Assembly (NCBI GenBank): GCA_002781265.1 | Contig: PETS01000105.1 | Span: forward strand, 1-47,034 | Origin: Candidatus Falkowbacteria bacterium CG02_land_8_20_14_3_00_36_14 | Lineage (GTDB): Bacteria; Patescibacteriota; Patescibacteriia; Patescibacteriales; UM-FILTER-36-11 | DNA length: 47,034 bases | Direction of reading: 5' to 3' | Part shown: in pieces, positions 18,787 to 27,765 of the stretch | Layout: the number at the start of each line of letters is the position of its first letter | Position numbering within the stretch: position 1 is the first letter of the stretch | Translations under genes and position numbers: made by a program | Notes under the pieces: generated by a model | The model's input: the letters and a program-made list of their open reading frames with translations, nothing else | Databases searched by the model: none | What the model was told of the DNA's origin: nothing

Positions 18787-21069
18787 ATGTACAGATTCAA
18801 TAAAAGCCATCAATTTTTTAAAAAAGCAAACAAAATCATTCCTTTAGCATCCCAGACTTTTAGCAAGAGTTATTTGCAGTATATTAAAGGACAGGCACCA
18901 TTGTTTGCTGTCCGTGCCAAGGGAGCGCGCATTTGGGATATTGACGGCAATAAATATATTGATTTTATCAACGGACTTTTACCGGTTATTTTAGGATATC
19001 AAAATCTGGCAGTTGATGATGCAATAAATAGGCAGTTAAAAAAAGGCATTGTTTTTTCTTTGTCATCGCCGCTGGAGTATGAATTGGCTGAACTTCTGAT
19101 AAAACATATTCCTTGCGCTGAAATGGTTAGGTTCGGCAAAAACGGATCTGATGTTACTACCGGCGCCGTACGTCTTGCGCGGGCTACAACCGGACGCGAC
19201 CATGTCGCTGCTTGTTATGATAAAGAAACAGAAATACTAACTAAAAGTGGATTTAAAAAATTTAAAGATTTAGATGATAATGAAATAGTAGCTACTCTTA
19301 ATCCTAATACAGGTTATTTAGAATATCATCAAATTTATGCCAAAATAAAATATTATTTCACGGGCAAAATGATTCATTTTCTAGGGCAGAGAGTTGATTT
19401 GCTGGTAACGCCTGATCATAGAATATATAGAAAATTCAGATTAAGAACGGGGCATCATTTTAAAATAGAAGATGCTAATGATGCCTTGAAACGCAAAACC
19501 ATTACGCAAATGACATCAATGTGCAAGTGGAAAGGGAAAATAAAGAATAAATTTTCTATCCTTAAAATAAATCAAACTAGACCGGCAAAAGGCGTTAATT
19601 TTTTTTCAGTCAAAGAATTTGTTAGATTTATGGGTTGGTATCTATCCGAAGGATTTTGCATAGAGCAGAAAAGGGGCAGATACGAAGTATGTATTGCGCA
19701 AGATGAAAAGAATGAAAGAAAAAGTCAAGAGATATTTACAGTGATTAAAAAATTAGGATTTAAACCTTATAGAAATAACCACCATATTTGTTTTAACTCT
19801 AAAGAATTAGTTCAGTATCTTAAGCAATTTGGAAGGTGTAAAGATAAATATATTCCAGAATGGATTAAGAATTTGCCAAAAGATTGTTTGTCTATATTCG
19901 CAGATACAATGATAAAGGGAGATGGTACTTTTGAAAATGGCAGAATAAGAAAATTTTATTCTACCTCTCGTAAATTAATAGATGGAATGCAAGAATTATT
20001 GTTAAAGATTGGTTATTCAACGACAATCTCTGAATATAAAAATACAGGTTTTTCTAAAAATAAAATATATCATTTAAATATTAGCCAAGAGAGATTTTTA
20101 GGATGTTGGTCAAAGGAAAAATATTATAAAGGCAATGTTTATTGCATTAGCGTGCCGAATCATATTATTTTAGTAAGGCGTAATGGTAAAATTATTTGGT
20201 CAGGGAATTGCGGTTACCACGGCTGGCATGACTGGTATATCGGTTCCACCGCGAGAAATTTAGGCGTACCCAAAAGTACGCAAAAGCTCACCCATAAATT
20301 TGAGTACAATAATATTAAATCTTTGGAAAAAATATTTAAAGAAAATAAAAATAAAGTGGCGGCCGTGATAATGGAGCCGATGAATTACATTGAGCCGGAG
20401 AAAAACTTTTTGCAAAAAGTGAAAACGTTAGCGCATAAAAACGGCGCGCTTTTGATTTTTGACGAAGTGATTACCGGTTTTCGCTTTAGCTTGGGCGGAG
20501 CGCAAAAATTATTCGGCGTAACGCCTGACTTGGCCGCGTTCGGAAAATCAATGGCCAACGGCATGCCGATATCGGCTTTGGTGGGCAAGAAGAAATATAT
20601 GAAAAAAATTGAGGACATTTTCTATTCATTTACTAACGGCGGAGAGACGTTGTCCATAGCCGCCGCCATCGCCACCATTAAAGAAATGGAAAAAAAGAAA
20701 GTTATTGAACATATTTGGAAGCTTGGTGCGTATTTAATAAAAGAAACAGATAAATTAATTAAGAAAAATAATTTGGAAGAAGTAATAAAAATTAAAGGTA
20801 AGCCGTGCTGGAGTTTGATGTTCGCTTATCCTTATGGAAAATATTCAGATTTGGAAATAAAAAGTTATCTGCAGCAGGAATTGATTCAAGCCGGTTTTCT
20901 TTGGTACGGTCAGCATAATATGAGTTTTAGCCATACGAAAAAAGATATTAGCGGCTTAGTCAGCGCTTATGCGAATATTTTTCCTAAATTAAAAGAACTT
21001 TTAGATAAGGATAAATTAAGAGGAGCTTTAAATGGCGAACCGATTACTAATATTTTTAAAGTACGATAA
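18787..21069 (+). CDS. Class III (GSA-aminomutase-like) PLP aminotransferase interrupted by an intein
   Basis: WDIDGNKYIDF, RFGKNGSD, CGYHGWHDW, LIFDEVITGFR, FGKSMANG; 760 aa minus 332 aa intein leaves a 428-aa extein. Confidence 0.9.
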   Translation: MYRFNKSHQFFKKANKIIPLASQTFSKSYLQYIKGQAPLFAVRAKGARIWDIDGNKYIDFINGLLPVILGYQNLAVDDAINRQLKKGIVFSLSSPLEYELAELLIKHIPCAEMVRFGKNGSDVTTGAVRLARATTGRDHVAACYDKETEILTKSGFKKFKDLDDNEIVATLNPNTGYLEYHQIYAKIKYYFTGKMIHFLGQRVDLLVTPDHRIYRKFRLRTGHHFKIEDANDALKRKTITQMTSMCKWKGKIKNKFSILKINQTRPAKGVNFFSVKEFVRFMGWYLSEGFCIEQKRGRYEVCIAQDEKNERKSQEIFTVIKKLGFKPYRNNHHICFNSKELVQYLKQFGRCKDKYIPEWIKNLPKDCLSIFADTMIKGDGTFENGRIRKFYSTSRKLIDGMQELLLKIGYSTTISEYKNTGFSKNKIYHLNISQERFLGCWSKEKYYKGNVYCISVPNHIILVRRNGKIIWSGNCGYHGWHDWYIGSTARNLGVPKSTQKLTHKFEYNNIKSLEKIFKENKNKVAAVIMEPMNYIEPEKNFLQKVKTLAHKNGALLIFDEVITGFRFSLGGAQKLFGVTPDLAAFGKSMANGMPISALVGKKKYMKKIEDIFYSFTNGGETLSIAAAIATIKEMEKKKVIEHIWKLGAYLIKETDKLIKKNNLEEVIKIKGKPCWSLMFAYPYGKYSDLEIKSYLQQELIQAGFLWYGQHNMSFSHTKKDISGLVSAYANIFPKLKELLDKDKLRGALNGEPITNIFKVR
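19213..20208 (+). mobile_element. Intein with LAGLIDADG homing endonuclease (332 aa)
   Basis: Block A CYDKETEILTKSG; block B LLVTPDHRIY; LAGLIDADG-like MGWYLSEG and MIKGDG; block F/G YKGNVYCISVPNHIILVRRNGKIIWSGN; +1 residue Cys. Confidence 0.93.
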
Positions 21070-21689
21070 TGAATAATTTAATAGCAGTATTAAGCACGGG
21101 CTTAAAAAAAAATAAAGATGGGAAGTGGCGCAATACTAATATTGATGAGGCGGATGAACAATGGGGAGCTCCCGGGGGATACCTTCGTGTATTAGCCGCA
21201 AGTTATTTATATAAGGATAGCCCAGACCAATTTATTGTCGCTAGTGGGGGAAAGGGTTGGGAAATTAGTGATGATAATCGACCCCTTTTATGCAAAGTAA
21301 TAAAAGAAGAGTTAGTTAATTTAGGTGTACCAGAAAAAAATATTATTGAAGAAAGAGTTTCTGATAAAACTTTTGGACAATTATGGGAATTACAAAAAAT
21401 TATTATAAATAAAGAAATTAATAAACTTATTATAATTTCTAATATATATCATTTGCCAAGAATACAGGCAATGATTGAAAATATTTCTAAGTTATCTAGA
21501 TTAAAAAAGCTATTAAGTAAAGATAAATTAAAAATAGAAGCAGCAGAAGATATTTTAATGGTAAACGACTCTAAAGAATGGCAAAATAAAATTAAGAATG
21601 CTTATAAGAGCGAGAGAATGAAAAAAATAATTAAAATTGAAAGGCAAGGCGTTAAACAAATTAGAGAAGGAACATATAAATATAGATAA
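21069..21689 (+). CDS. YdcF/DUF218 (ElyC/SanA-like) protein
   Basis: VASGGKG, LGVPEKNIIEE, IISNIYHLPR. Confidence 0.75.
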   Translation: MNNLIAVLSTGLKKNKDGKWRNTNIDEADEQWGAPGGYLRVLAASYLYKDSPDQFIVASGGKGWEISDDNRPLLCKVIKEELVNLGVPEKNIIEERVSDKTFGQLWELQKIIINKEINKLIIISNIYHLPRIQAMIENISKLSRLKKLLSKDKLKIEAAEDILMVNDSKEWQNKIKNAYKSERMKKIIKIERQGVKQIREGTYKYR

Positions 21690-21690
21690 T

Positions 21691-22755
21691 ATGGAAAATA
21701 TAACAATAAAAACCCCAAAAGGGAAAAGAAAAATCGGCTCAGGCAATCCTACATTTATAATTGCGGAGATGTCTGGTAACCACAATCAGGAAATTAAACG
21801 AGCTTATAAGATTATTGACGCCGCAGCTTATGCTGGAGCGGACGCAATTAAGTTGCAGACATATACTCCGGATACAATTACCATTAACTGTGATAAAAAA
21901 TATTTTCAAGTTAAAGTTAATAAAGCTTGGAAAGGGCAGACACTGTATAATTTATACAAAAAAGTATATACTCCGTGGGAATGGCAGCCAAAATTAAAAA
22001 AGTACGCGGAGAAAAAAGGATTGGTTTGTTTTTCCACGCCGTTTGACAATACCGCGGTTGATTTTTTGGAAAAAATGAAAGTAAGTTTGTATAAAGTCGC
22101 CTCTTTTGAAGTGATTGACATTCCCTTATTAAAAAGAATCAGCAAGACAAGAAAGCCGGTAATTATGTCGCGTGGCATGGCTTCGCTTGATGAAATTAAA
22201 TTAGCTATTAAAACATTAAAAAATAATGGTTGTCCAGCCGTGGCTATTCTTCATTGCGTCAGTTCTTATCCGGCAAAGGCGGAAGAAATGAATTTGGCGA
22301 CCATTCCCGACTTGGCTAAAAAGTTAAAAACGATTGTCGGCTTATCTGATCATAATTTGAATTCAGCGATAACAATAGCGTCAGTGGCATTGGGAGCGAA
22401 GATCATTGAAAAGCATTTAACTCTGGCGCGCGCGGACGGCGGCGCGGACGCGGCTTTTTCCCTTGAACCGGATGAATTTAAAATAATGGTTGAGGGGGTA
22501 AGGCAGGTGGAGATTGCAATTGGCAAGCCAAGTTACGGGGCCGGAATAAAAGAGTCGGGGAATGTTATATTTAGAAAGTCATTATTTGTTGTCGGCAATA
22601 TTAAAAAAGGAGAAAAATTTACGGAAAAAAATGTGAAATCAATCAGGCCCGGGCACGGCTTGGAGCCGAAATATTACGATAAGATACTGGGTAAGACCGC
22701 GAAGATGGATATAGAAAAAGGCACGTCGCTTTCATGGAATCTGGTAAAGAGATAA
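21691..22755 (+). CDS. pseI: Pseudaminic acid synthase (NeuB family) with C-terminal SAF domain
   Basis: IAEMSGNHN, KLQTYTPDT, YKVASFE, LHCVSSYP, GLSDH, IEKH, IRPGHGL; ATG 21691 preferred as start. Confidence 0.9.
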   Translation: MENITIKTPKGKRKIGSGNPTFIIAEMSGNHNQEIKRAYKIIDAAAYAGADAIKLQTYTPDTITINCDKKYFQVKVNKAWKGQTLYNLYKKVYTPWEWQPKLKKYAEKKGLVCFSTPFDNTAVDFLEKMKVSLYKVASFEVIDIPLLKRISKTRKPVIMSRGMASLDEIKLAIKTLKNNGCPAVAILHCVSSYPAKAEEMNLATIPDLAKKLKTIVGLSDHNLNSAITIASVALGAKIIEKHLTLARADGGADAAFSLEPDEFKIMVEGVRQVEIAIGKPSYGAGIKESGNVIFRKSLFVVGNIKKGEKFTEKNVKSIRPGHGLEPKYYDKILGKTAKMDIEKGTSLSWNLVKR

Positions 22756-22758
22756 AAT

Positions 22759-23226
22759 ATGGAAAACATCAAAGTTAGAAAAGTTAAAAGAGAAGATTCA
22801 AAAAGGATTTGGGAGATTAGAAATCATCCGCTGGCGCGGCAGAATTCCAATAATCAGGAAGAGACGCCGTTTGCCAAACATAACCAATGGTTTGAAAATA
22901 AATATTTTCGCGGTGGCGATAATCATTGTTTTGTTTTGGAGGGTGAGGGAGAGGTGGTTGGGTATTGTCGGTTTGATTTTGACAGCGACAATTATAACTA
23001 TGTTGTTTCAATCGCCGTTGACGCCGATTATCAGGGAATAGGGCTGGGCAAAGCGCTGCTTAGCGAAGCTTTGGAAGCTTTTGGTGTGCGGGGAAAAGAA
23101 GTGGTCGCGCAAACCCTCAAAAATAATATCCTGTCCGGAAAATTTTTTAAAAAAAATAATTTTAAAATATTTAAAGAAGATGATAATAGCTATTATTTTA
23201 AATATAAAAATAGACTTGTTGTTTAA
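22759..23226 (+). CDS. GNAT N-acetyltransferase, PseH-like
   Basis: WEIRNHP..R, H.QWF, GYCRFD, YQGIGLG acetyl-CoA motif; follows pseI. Confidence 0.75.
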   Translation: MENIKVRKVKREDSKRIWEIRNHPLARQNSNNQEETPFAKHNQWFENKYFRGGDNHCFVLEGEGEVVGYCRFDFDSDNYNYVVSIAVDADYQGIGLGKALLSEALEAFGVRGKEVVAQTLKNNILSGKFFKKNNFKIFKEDDNSYYFKYKNRLVV

Positions 23227-23372
23227 TAAGATTTCGTGGCGAAATGAAGAAATTTTGAGCGAAAAATTAGAAAAGCGACGATGTTTATATGCTAATATAA
23301 ACAGAGGACCTTTTATAATTTTACGCTCAAAATTTCAAATTGCGGCAGAAAGATTATTAAGCGACAAGTCTA
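23211..23372. mobile_element. MITE-like element with imperfect terminal inverted repeats, TA at both ends and a long internal hairpin
   Basis: TAGACTTGTTGTTTAATAA (23211-23229) vs TTATTAAGCGACAAGTCTA (23354-23372), 17/19 complementary; inner arms 23249-23275 and 23310-23336, 25/27. Confidence 0.75.
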
Positions 23373-23379
23373 ATAGTTT

Positions 23380-24891
23380 ATGCCAAATTTGAAAGGAAAA
23401 AAAATATTAATTTTTCAGCAAAGAGGCTGGGGTAGGCGCATCGGCCGTTTTTTGGCCGCGAAATTATACGCCGAAGGATGCAAGTTGGCGGCTTTGACTT
23501 TTAAAAATACAACACATGAATTAATAGTTAAGCAGGATGATGCCAAATATGAAATGATAATCAGCAATGACAAAATTATGAGTCGACCAAAAGATTATTT
23601 AGGGGGAGACAGATATTCCTTAAAGGAAATTTGCGATAAAATCGGAGTGGATTCAATATGGCCGATAGTTTCTACCCTTAGAAATCATGTGAGGTCGTAT
23701 AAAGATAAATATTATTACAGTTTTAAGCAAAACGTTTCTGATGAGGAAATTATTGATTATATAATGGCTGTTTATAAGTATATGAATATTTTTTTTCATG
23801 AGTTTAAGCCAGATGTAATTATTACGCCTAATTTTGTTTCATTCCCTCACGTTATGTTTAATTTGTACGCTAGAAAGCTAAATATCCCGATATTCGCTAT
23901 TACGGATAGTAAAATTAGTGGCTATTATATATTTACTTATGATTATAACGATAGCGACGGGCCATTTTACAGGAGAGTTGATGAGCTTAATTCTGGGAAA
24001 GTTGAAACTGAAAACAGGAAAAAGGCCAAGGAGTATATCAGAGAGTTTAGGGAAAATTTTAAAAAACCCGATTATATGGGCGATAACGAAAGCGAGCCGT
24101 CAATGCTACAAAAAATAAAGAAAGAATTATCGCCGTATGCACAAATAATCCGTTGGTACCTCAAGAAGCAAATTAATGTGCTGGAAAGCACCGGCATTAC
24201 CATTGATTATAAGCCGCCAAGAATTATTCTAAGGGATCATTATTGCCATGAACGCTATAAAAAATTTATGGAACATTATTCTTATTATCCTTTTTCCAAG
24301 GTAAAAAAGTTTGTTTATTTTCCGTTGCAATTCCAACCGGAAGCCACGATTGACGTGATTTCTCCACGCTTTAACAATCAAATAGAAACGGCAAGGCAGG
24401 TTGCTATGTCTTTGCCCGGCGATTACACTCTTGTCGTGAAAGAGCATCCGGGAATGGTTGGTTTAAGGCCGCCGTCTTATATTAAAAAAATAGATAGGAC
24501 GCCTAATATTAAATTAATAGATTATAAAATAACCAGTGAAGAAGTCCTAAAAAAAACTGATTTAATAATATCTCCCAGCGGAACAACAATCGCCGAAGCC
24601 GCTTTCTTTAAAAAGCCGGTTATTCAGCTGGGAAATTTGGGAACTACCTTGAAACTACCGAATGTGTTTAAATATACGGATATGACTTCCTTGCCTAAAA
24701 AGATAAAAGAAGTTTTAGAAGTTAATTTAAATACTAATGATTACGAGAGGAGGCTTGAAAATTATGTTGCGGCTGTTTTTGACGTTACATTTAATTTTAA
24801 TTACATTAAAGCATGGGAAAAGGGAACAGGAGATTTGGAAAAACTTTGGGTTTTTTATAGAAAAGAAATAGAAAATAGTTTAATAAATTAA
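23380..24891 (+). CDS. Capsule-synthesis-type (KpsS/KpsC-like) protein, candidate nonulosonate transferase
   Basis: YFPLQFQPEAT, VVKEHP and GTTIAEAAFFKKPVI motifs; lies downstream of the Pse genes. Confidence 0.7.
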   Translation: MPNLKGKKILIFQQRGWGRRIGRFLAAKLYAEGCKLAALTFKNTTHELIVKQDDAKYEMIISNDKIMSRPKDYLGGDRYSLKEICDKIGVDSIWPIVSTLRNHVRSYKDKYYYSFKQNVSDEEIIDYIMAVYKYMNIFFHEFKPDVIITPNFVSFPHVMFNLYARKLNIPIFAITDSKISGYYIFTYDYNDSDGPFYRRVDELNSGKVETENRKKAKEYIREFRENFKKPDYMGDNESEPSMLQKIKKELSPYAQIIRWYLKKQINVLESTGITIDYKPPRIILRDHYCHERYKKFMEHYSYYPFSKVKKFVYFPLQFQPEATIDVISPRFNNQIETARQVAMSLPGDYTLVVKEHPGMVGLRPPSYIKKIDRTPNIKLIDYKITSEEVLKKTDLIISPSGTTIAEAAFFKKPVIQLGNLGTTLKLPNVFKYTDMTSLPKKIKEVLEVNLNTNDYERRLENYVAAVFDVTFNFNYIKAWEKGTGDLEKLWVFYRKEIENSLIN

Positions 24892-24895
24892 TTTT

Positions 24896-27061
24896 ATGCT
24901 TGATGAAAAATTTTTAAACATGCTTTGTTGCCCGAAACGGTTTTGTCGCGGAGATTTGGAAGAATCGGCGGAAAACGAGGAATCGATTTTAAAATGCAAA
25001 AACTGCGGGGATAAATATTCCATAAAAGAGGGAATTCCTATTTTATTTCCGAACATCAAATATTCTTCAAATATCCACCGCCGACATTGGGATTTAGAAA
25101 TGAACGCAAAAAGTTACGCAAAAAAATATAATAGTTATTTAAAAAAACAGGGGTCAGCCTGGGGGTTGTATACTCATTTATCGGAATTAGAGGCGATAAA
25201 TAAACTCACTAAAGATATTGATTTATCCGGCAAGACTATAATAGACGCCGGATGTGGCAATGGTAGATTGCTTTCCGCTTATCCGGAGGCTAAAAATAAA
25301 ATAGGAATTGACACATCATTATCGTTACTTGAGGAAACAAAAAAAAGAGAACCGAGCTTTTGGCTTATATGCGGCCAGCTTGAAGATATGCCGTTTAAAG
25401 ATTGTATTGCCGATTTTTCTATAAGCATAAGGGTATTCCAGCATTTACAAGCCCCAGAACATGCTTTTTCGGAAATGGTTAGAGTAACGAAGCCATCAGG
25501 ATATATTTCTCTAGAAGTATACAATAAATTTAATTTAAAAGAATTGTACAAAAAATTTCGGATGTCTAAATTAATTAAAAATAGATGGCCGTGGGGTTTG
25601 GATTACGATAGATATTATTCATATAGAGAAATTGAAAAATGGTGTGGGGATAACTTTGTAAAACCAATTAAATATTCAGGAGCTGGCTGGGGAATTTATT
25701 TTTATTTTTTTGAAGTAATACAATTCAGGAGGTTTGCCCCACAGTGGTTCCAAAAAATTGTTTTTAATTTTTTTCTTTACCTTGAAAGAATAATTGGTCT
25801 TTGGCCGTTTTTTTCAAAAACCATGGAAAAAATATGTTTTATCGGAAGCATTCAGGCGAAAGAAAAAAATAGAACATTTTTTAAGAAAATAAGCGACCGC
25901 TTAAAGAGCGTGAGAAAAGAAAAAAAGGCGAAAGAATTTGAAAAAAAATTTGAGAATAGAAATTATTGTTATATAAGAGATGATATGTATCACTTGAAAT
26001 CCTCCATTGACTGGATAAAGAAAGCTCAAGACAATACCGCCGACGCCGGTGTTAGCAGGGGGGTAAGCTTGATTTCAAGTTTAAAAAGCAATAGTCGGGG
26101 CTGGCAACCGTCATATCCGGAAACAACCGGTTATATAATCCCAACAATTTTAAAAGCCGCTGATATGCTTGATGATTATGATTTATTAAGAAGGGCAAAA
26201 TTAATGGCTGATTGGGAATTATCCATTATATTTCGAGATGGGGCAGTGCATGGGGGAAATATAGGGGTAAAATCTAATTGCGCAGTTTTTGATACTGGTC
26301 AAGTTATTAGGGGTCTTTACGCTATTTACAAGAAAACAAATGAAAAGAAATATCTGGACGTAGCTATTAAATCTTCCAATTGGATATTAAATAATGAGAA
26401 CGCAAGAAAAGGAAATTGGACTGAAAATAACGCTTCCTCTGTTGATTCCTCTACGACGACTTATAATATTTACGCGATTGCGCCGATTATAGAAATGGGG
26501 GTAGATATCGGGAATAGCGAATTTAAAGAGCTGGGGAGAAGAGCCGCTGAATTTACCGTCAGTATGCAAAATGATAGCGGTTGGTTTGAAGGCGCTGATT
26601 TTAAGAAAACGGACAGTGCTTTACTACATACAATAGCATATACGATTGACGGGTTGTGGGATGTCGGCATCTTATTAGATGAAGAAAAATTTTTAAATTC
26701 CGCGAAAAAAGGGTTGGACGGAGTTTTATCACAAATGAACGATAGGGGTTTTATTCCGGGGCGTATGGATAGCGATTGGAATGCATCCGCGGATTGGGCG
26801 TGTTTGACCAGTATAGCTCAGATTGGCGTTGCATGCGTAAAAGTTTACAAAAAAGGAGGAAATAAAAAATATTTGGAAGCGGCTTTGAAGGCGAAAGATT
26901 TTTTAAAGACCTGCCAGAATAATTTTAATGATGAACATGGCGGGCTGGGGGCTTTGTGGGGAAGCTGGCCGATTTCCGGCGGTTACGGAAAATATGAAGC
27001 GCTAAATTGGGCGGTCAAATATTTTGCGGATTTATTGATTGCGCTAAGAAGCGTAAATTAA
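24896..27061 (+). CDS. Fusion of Trm112-like Zn domain, class I methyltransferase and (alpha/alpha) barrel (prenyltransferase/six-hairpin-like) domain
   Basis: LCCP..C...LKCKNC...Y.IKEGIPIL; IDAGCGNGR...RVTKPSG; SYPETTGY, FDTGQ, HTIAY, NWAVKYF. Confidence 0.75.
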   Translation: MLDEKFLNMLCCPKRFCRGDLEESAENEESILKCKNCGDKYSIKEGIPILFPNIKYSSNIHRRHWDLEMNAKSYAKKYNSYLKKQGSAWGLYTHLSELEAINKLTKDIDLSGKTIIDAGCGNGRLLSAYPEAKNKIGIDTSLSLLEETKKREPSFWLICGQLEDMPFKDCIADFSISIRVFQHLQAPEHAFSEMVRVTKPSGYISLEVYNKFNLKELYKKFRMSKLIKNRWPWGLDYDRYYSYREIEKWCGDNFVKPIKYSGAGWGIYFYFFEVIQFRRFAPQWFQKIVFNFFLYLERIIGLWPFFSKTMEKICFIGSIQAKEKNRTFFKKISDRLKSVRKEKKAKEFEKKFENRNYCYIRDDMYHLKSSIDWIKKAQDNTADAGVSRGVSLISSLKSNSRGWQPSYPETTGYIIPTILKAADMLDDYDLLRRAKLMADWELSIIFRDGAVHGGNIGVKSNCAVFDTGQVIRGLYAIYKKTNEKKYLDVAIKSSNWILNNENARKGNWTENNASSVDSSTTTYNIYAIAPIIEMGVDIGNSEFKELGRRAAEFTVSMQNDSGWFEGADFKKTDSALLHTIAYTIDGLWDVGILLDEEKFLNSAKKGLDGVLSQMNDRGFIPGRMDSDWNASADWACLTSIAQIGVACVKVYKKGGNKKYLEAALKAKDFLKTCQNNFNDEHGGLGALWGSWPISGGYGKYEALNWAVKYFADLLIALRSVN

Positions 27062-27078
27062 TTTTTTAAACCAAATGT

Positions 27079-27765
27079 ATGTATAAAAAACCGTTAAAAA
27101 AATTGCCAAAATTTCTTTTTAATTTGTATGTCCATCGTCTGATAAAATCCTATCCTAATTATCAGCCAATTATTAATAATGGTAAGTTGATTATGGGCGG
27201 AGATAGGAACTGTTTAGACAGATGGGAATTAGTTAAAAAGGAAATTATAGATTATAAAGCAAGTTCAGTTTTGGATATTGGATGCGCGGAAGGGTTTTAT
27301 ATATTACAGGCCGCGAAAGAGTGCGGCTGTGTTTCCCTAGGGATTGATGCGGATATTCGCCGTTTGAATATGGCCCAAAATCAGATATCATTGGAAAAGA
27401 TTGCGCCAGCCGGATTTTTATTAGCCGAGGTTAATGAAGAGTTGATAAATAAATTGCCAAAATTTGATGTTATAGTCTTTATGTCAGTGATGCATCACAT
27501 GATGTATTCCAAGGGAGCGGATTACTGCAAAAATATTTTGATTGCCCTTCGCAAAGCAATAGGAAAAGTAATGATTTTTGAAATGGGTCAATCAAATGAG
27601 TTAAAAAATAAGTGGGCTACGCGATTGCCAAATATGGGCGATAATCCGCATAAATGGATAAGGAATTTTTTACTTTCAGCCGGATTTTCCATGGTTGAAA
27701 AAATCGGCGAAAGCGATTCTTATCAAAAAGATCAAAATAGAGCGATATTTAAAGTTAAACCATAA
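27079..27765 (+). CDS. SAM-dependent methyltransferase resembling the WbdD N-terminal domain
   Basis: YQPI...RNCLDRW...VLDIGCAEGFY...GID...FDVIVFMSVMHH. Confidence 0.75.
   Translation: MYKKPLKKLPKFLFNLYVHRLIKSYPNYQPIINNGKLIMGGDRNCLDRWELVKKEIIDYKASSVLDIGCAEGFYILQAAKECGCVSLGIDADIRRLNMAQNQISLEKIAPAGFLLAEVNEELINKLPKFDVIVFMSVMHHMMYSKGADYCKNILIALRKAIGKVMIFEMGQSNELKNKWATRLPNMGDNPHKWIRNFLLSAGFSMVEKIGESDSYQKDQNRAIFKVKP

Noticed and set aside
18787..21069. Calling the aminotransferase hemL (tetrapyrrole synthesis)
   Set aside because: Context (spsF, pseI) and the GKNGSD/YHGWHDW motifs fit the glycan-associated subfamily; no heme genes are in the window
23081..23392. 103-aa ORF overlapping the GNAT gene and the next gene
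   Set aside because: Alternate-frame read-through across the MITE; no recognisable motifs
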